This document shows positions 53,801 through 56,604 of a stretch of 56,604 nucleotides of DNA, piece by piece. The notes below the pieces were generated by a model. That model was not told the origin of the DNA. It searched no databases and worked only from the letters and a program-made list of their open reading frames with translations. Made by a program: the position numbers and the translations under genes. The stretch spans positions 1 through 56,604 of the forward strand of contig JAIOPR010000096.1 in the NCBI GenBank assembly GCA_021413805.1. Direction: 5' to 3'. Every line of letters begins with the position of its first letter. The first letter of the stretch is position 1. This stretch comes from Planctomycetota bacterium (GTDB lineage: Bacteria > Planctomycetota > MHYJ01 > WSZJ01).

Positions 53801-56604
53801 ACAGTTCACTTTCCTCGCCCCTGCCCGTTTCCGCGGCGAGCGCGGGTGCGGTTGCACAGGCGTGGCAGGCGACCCAGGCGAACCTGGCCGCGTTGCAGGC
53901 GATCCAGGAACAGACCGCGCAGCTTCACCGGCAGTTCCTCGAGGGCCAGGCACAGGCCGTGCGCGTCTACCAGGCTCTGCTCGAACAGCAGATGGGTGCA
54001 CTTCTGGGCCGCGCGCCGGTGACGGCGCTTCCGGCCATCCCGGCGATGCCCGTCGTGGCGGCGCCCGTTGCCATGCCGATGCCGGCGCCGAAGCCGGTTG
54101 CAGTGCCCGAGCCTGCGCCGGCCCAGGCGGTGGTGCAGGCCGCTTCGCCGTCGCGTGAAACAGAAACGGTACTGCTGGCGGTTGTCTCCGAAACGACCGG
54201 ATACCCGGCGGAGATGCTCAACCTGGACATGGAGCTCGACGCGGATCTCGGCATCGATTCGATCAAGCGCGTGGAAATTCTCTCGATCCTCCAGGAGCGC
54301 ATCCCGGGTGCGCCGGCGGTGCTGTCGGACCAGATGGGTTCGCTTCGGACACTGCGGCAGGTGTGCGAATACCTGTCGGGCGGGGCGAGCGGGCCGGCGC
54401 AGGGAACCGTGCCGGCCGTCGCGCCCGCGACGGACAACATTGAAAAGGTGTTGCTCGCGGTGATTTCGGAAAGCACCGGTTACCCGGCGGAGATGCTCAA
54501 CGTCGACATGGAACTCGACGCGGACCTCGGGATTGATTCCATCAAGCGCGTCGAGATCTTCTCGGAGCTGAGCCAGAGATTCCCTCACCTGCCTGAAGTG
54601 AAGCTGGAAGAGCTTGGCGGGTTGAGGACGCTTCGCCAGGTGGTCGAGCATCTGGGTGGAGCGACGCGGACGGCGAAACCGGTGCCTGCTCCTGAGGCCA
54701 GGCCGGTCCCGGTCGAAGCGGGCGTTTCCAGGGCGGCGAAAACCGGCGTTCGTGCGCCGCTGGAACGGCTGGTGCTGGAGATGGAGCATCTCAACGGCGG
54801 GCGCGCGGCGGTGAGCGTCGCTGGCGGTGAGATCTGGATCACGAACGACGGTTCGCCCCTGGCCGAGCGGCTGGCAGCACGGCTGGCGAAGAGGCAGAAA
54901 ACGCGCGTGATCGCGCTCGATGCCATACCGGAATTGAACGGCGTAAACCTGAGCGGCCTGGTGATCCTGGCGCCGCAACGCGGGGCCGACGACGTGTTCC
55001 TCCAGCGTGCGTTTGCGTTGCTTCAGCGCGCGGGCGCCGCATTGCGCCAGGCGGGGCAGAAGGGCGGCGCTGTGCTGGCCACACTCGCGCGGATCGACGG
55101 CGCGTTCGGCATGGCCGGAATCGGCGTGAACGACGCCATTTCGGGCGGCCTGTCGGGATTGGCGAAGACCGCGGCGCACGAATGGCCCGGCGTCCAGGTC
55201 AAGGCACTCGACCTGGCCACCGACTTCCGCGACCTGGAAGCGGCTGCGGCGGTGATCGCGGAGGAAATTTTCACTGCCGGGCCGGTCGAGGTCGGTGTCT
55301 CGGCACACGCGCGTTACGGGTTGAAGCTGGTTGCGGCGCCGTTCGGCAGGGAAAGTTCCGCGGATCTTCCGTTTGCACCGGGCGACGCGATCGTGGTGTC
55401 AGGTGGCGCGCGGGGCGTGACCGCCGCGTCGTGCCTGGCGCTGGCGAAAGCTTTCAAGCCGACGCTGATTCTGCTGGGCCGCAGCGCCCCGCCCCAGCCG
55501 GAACCTGACTGGCTGGCGGGGATGGAGAGCGAAAAGAGCATCAAGCAGGAGCTTCTTGCCCGCGCCGGTGGCCCCGCAAACCCGAAAAAGATCGAAGAAG
55601 AACTGCGCAACGTCCTGTCGAACCGCGAACTGCTGCACAACCTGGCCGCGATCGAGGCGGCGGGCGCGCGTGTGATCTATCGCAGCGTGGATGTGCGGGA
55701 CGGCGCAGCACTCAGCGCGCTTTTCGCAAAACTGCGCGCGACGACCGGGCCGATCAAGGGCCTGGTGCACGGCGCGGGCGTCCTTGCAGACCGGCTGATC
55801 GAAGACAAGACACTGGAACAGTTCGAACGTGTGTACAGCACGAAGGTGGCCGGGTTGCGGGCGCTGCTGGAAGCGCTTCGCGGTGATCCGCTCAAGGCCA
55901 TCGTGGTGTTCTCGTCTTCAACGGGACGTTACGGCCGTCGCGGGCAGGCAGATTACGCGGTCGCGAACGAGGTGTTGAACAAGCTGGCGCAGCAGCAGTC
56001 GCGGCGGCGGCCGGAATGCCGCGTGGTGGCCGTAAACTGGGGACCGTGGGACGGCGGGATGGTGACGCCGGCACTGCGGAAAGTTTTCGAGAAGGAGGAG
56101 GTCGGCCTGATCGGGCTCGAGGCCGGCGGCGAGCATCTCGTGCGCGAGATCTGTTCGCAGGGGCTGCAGCCTGTGGAGGTCGTGGTGCTGGGTGCGGGTT
56201 CCCGTGAGCCTTCCCCGCAGGCGGTCGCTCCGGCAAATGGCCCGGCGCCGATTCCGCCCACCATGCAGGTCGCGTTCGAACGTGACGTGGATATCGCGCG
56301 CTATCCTTTCCTGGCATCGCACGTCATCGATGGGAGCGCTGTGCTCCCGATGGCGATGATGGCGGAATTCCTGGCGCAGGGGGCGTTGCACACGCAGCCG
56401 GGCTTTGCGTTTCACGGCGTGGATGACCTGCGCGTGCTGAAGGGCGTGGTCTTCAACGGCGTTCCGGTGCGGCTGCGCGTGCTGGCGGGCAAGGCTGAGA
56501 AGCGCGGCGAATTCCATGTTGTGCCGACGGAACTTCGCAGCGAAGCGCACGGTGTGGAATCTCTCAACGCGCGCGCTTCGATCGTCCTGGCCAGCCGGTT
56601 GCCC
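50818..56604 (+). CDS. pfaA: PfaA-like multidomain synthase, KS-AT-ACP-ACP-KR-DH; 3' end beyond the window
   Basis: Absent from the ORF track because no stop lies inside the window; read by hand in frame from the ATG at 50818. KS: DAACASS about 51443, HGTGT, GHTKAAAG. AT: GHSYGE about 52848. Two ACPs: LGIDSIKRVEI at about 54250 and 54527. KR: VVSGGARGVTAA about 55391. DH: LASHVIDGSAVLP about 56311. Confidence 0.93.
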   Translation, partial: MNDLNADESNPYVPLAIVGMGCLFPRSAGPGAYWGTIRNSVDAISDIPSTHWRPEDYFSADQKKADHTYARRGGFISPVHFNPLEFGITPNNLEATDTSQLLGMWAAGQALKDAGFDPKKHNKDRVSVIVGVTGTLELVIPLGARLGHPLWRKALKDSGVPDAQAEDAVQRIADGYVNWQENSFPGLLGNVVAGRIANRFDLGGTNCVVDAACASSLSAIHLAGLELAERRSDMVVTGGVDTFNSIFMYMCFSKTPALSPSGNARPFDRDGDGTILGEGLGLMVLKRLDDAKRDGDRIYAVIKSIGSSSDGKGNAIYAPRREGQVRALKNAYKLANVAPESIELIEAHGTGTKVGDATELSALTDVFREARPEGTWCALGSVKSQIGHTKAAAGVAGLMKAVLALHFKTLPPTMKIEQPLDGLAPGKSPFYACTQKRPWLPRAEHPRRAGLSAFGFGGSNFHCVLEEAEAAKNSVDWDGDVQLAAFSAPDAAVLLKQLDAFPVAGTWDSIRVAAQASRAAFRSKDVLRLLVVLQQNADAKMAIEQARRKLGDNATAAWTLPDGTAFGAGAAKGQLGVLFPGQGSQYVGMLRDLACQFPEMLGALTEADAAYAEGLSLQAGERLSDRIYPYPAFDDESRERQEERLRATDTAQPALGAVSIGAWRVLERFGVRADATAGHSYGELTALCGAGVITPRALHALSRVRGDVMAAAGRHGDAGTMLAVQAPLATVEALIRDEKLDVVLANRNAPNQAVLSGASAAIEKAQAVLKARGVTCKKLNVAAAFHSALVADAQKPLAAALAGVTFAAPRVPVFSNTTGQAYPSSPEESRRQLAKQLASPVQFVSEIENLHAAGVTTFLEVGPGAKLGGLVRAILGERPHTVIALDSSSGQRAGIADLARTLAQLAALGHTVTLAPWDEAFDPASLSANTEIPGLTVPLNGANYVRPKTARPPTPVARPAAVPSSPSSAPAVKSMSNPIPTSPPSMATPRATPMNSSLSSPLPVSAASAGAVAQAWQATQANLAALQAIQEQTAQLHRQFLEGQAQAVRVYQALLEQQMGALLGRAPVTALPAIPAMPVVAAPVAMPMPAPKPVAVPEPAPAQAVVQAASPSRETETVLLAVVSETTGYPAEMLNLDMELDADLGIDSIKRVEILSILQERIPGAPAVLSDQMGSLRTLRQVCEYLSGGASGPAQGTVPAVAPATDNIEKVLLAVISESTGYPAEMLNVDMELDADLGIDSIKRVEIFSELSQRFPHLPEVKLEELGGLRTLRQVVEHLGGATRTAKPVPAPEARPVPVEAGVSRAAKTGVRAPLERLVLEMEHLNGGRAAVSVAGGEIWITNDGSPLAERLAARLAKRQKTRVIALDAIPELNGVNLSGLVILAPQRGADDVFLQRAFALLQRAGAALRQAGQKGGAVLATLARIDGAFGMAGIGVNDAISGGLSGLAKTAAHEWPGVQVKALDLATDFRDLEAAAAVIAEEIFTAGPVEVGVSAHARYGLKLVAAPFGRESSADLPFAPGDAIVVSGGARGVTAASCLALAKAFKPTLILLGRSAPPQPEPDWLAGMESEKSIKQELLARAGGPANPKKIEEELRNVLSNRELLHNLAAIEAAGARVIYRSVDVRDGAALSALFAKLRATTGPIKGLVHGAGVLADRLIEDKTLEQFERVYSTKVAGLRALLEALRGDPLKAIVVFSSSTGRYGRRGQADYAVANEVLNKLAQQQSRRRPECRVVAVNWGPWDGGMVTPALRKVFEKEEVGLIGLEAGGEHLVREICSQGLQPVEVVVLGAGSREPSPQAVAPANGPAPIPPTMQVAFERDVDIARYPFLASHVIDGSAVLPMAMMAEFLAQGALHTQPGFAFHGVDDLRVLKGVVFNGVPVRLRVLAGKAEKRGEFHVVPTELRSEAHGVESLNARASIVLASRLP

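Noticed and set aside
1-56604. tRNA, rRNA, tmRNA, RNase P, integrase, transposase or IS ends
   Set aside because: None was recognised while reading intergenic regions and ORF translations. This is a by-eye negative and should be confirmed with tRNAscan-SE, Infernal/Rfam and ISfinder-type searches.

Overview
Visibly GC-rich bacterial chromosomal segment (third codon positions are almost always G/C), densely coding on both strands. No rRNA, tRNA, CRISPR array, transposase or integrase was recognised by eye. The gene content (giant WD40 Ser/Thr kinase, many secreted HEAT/beta-propeller proteins, a Pfa-type synthase, frequent lack of Shine-Dalgarno sequences) suggests Planctomycetota or a neighbouring phylum; this is inference only. 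Left part (1-19.4 kb): the end of a MoxR-type DUF58/BatA locus; a seven-gene NADH:quinone oxidoreductase block holding only the membrane-arm subunits (nuoA-H-J-K-L-M-N, with lineage-specific insertions and a His-rich NuoL N-terminus); arginase; a fold-type III PLP decarboxylase; and a minus-strand block of a 1400-aa kinase-WD40-TPR protein, a TPR protein, a B12-binding radical SAM enzyme and an alpha/beta hydrolase. Middle part (19.4-30.4 kb) looks accessory: a HepT/MntA toxin-antitoxin pair, a GT2 glycosyltransferase, a methyltransferase, two convergent secreted HEAT + beta-propeller proteins (one with a broken frame), a ParE-type TA pair, an orphan ABC-ATPase 3' fragment and two tandem paralogous lipoproteins. 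These are tied together by a 125-170 nt promoter-plus-leader repeat in four copies and a 22-nt motif embedding a start codon in three copies. Right part: MFS transporter; a three-gene operon with a triple-repeat Pro-rich protein; a cNMP-binding protein; archease-rtcB followed by a DUF433/DUF5615 TA cassette bracketed by a duplicated rtcB 3' end; a low-GC islet with TA debris; a LigB-type dioxygenase; a YkgJ protein; a 56-aa zinc-ribbon ORF absent from the ORF track; DUF502; an HD-GYP protein; a secreted prenyltransferase-like protein; a ~180 bp purine/pyrimidine-skewed inverted repeat in a divergent promoter region; a MacB-like ABC pair; an M28 peptidase; a frameshifted DUF4199 gene; and a Pfa-type PUFA/polyketide synthase locus. 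That locus has a pfaD-like enoyl reductase followed by a KS-AT-ACP-ACP-KR-DH ORF of more than 1929 codons that runs off the window and is also absent from the ORF track. Most other long ORFs in the track are antisense or alternative-frame shadows typical of GC-rich DNA.
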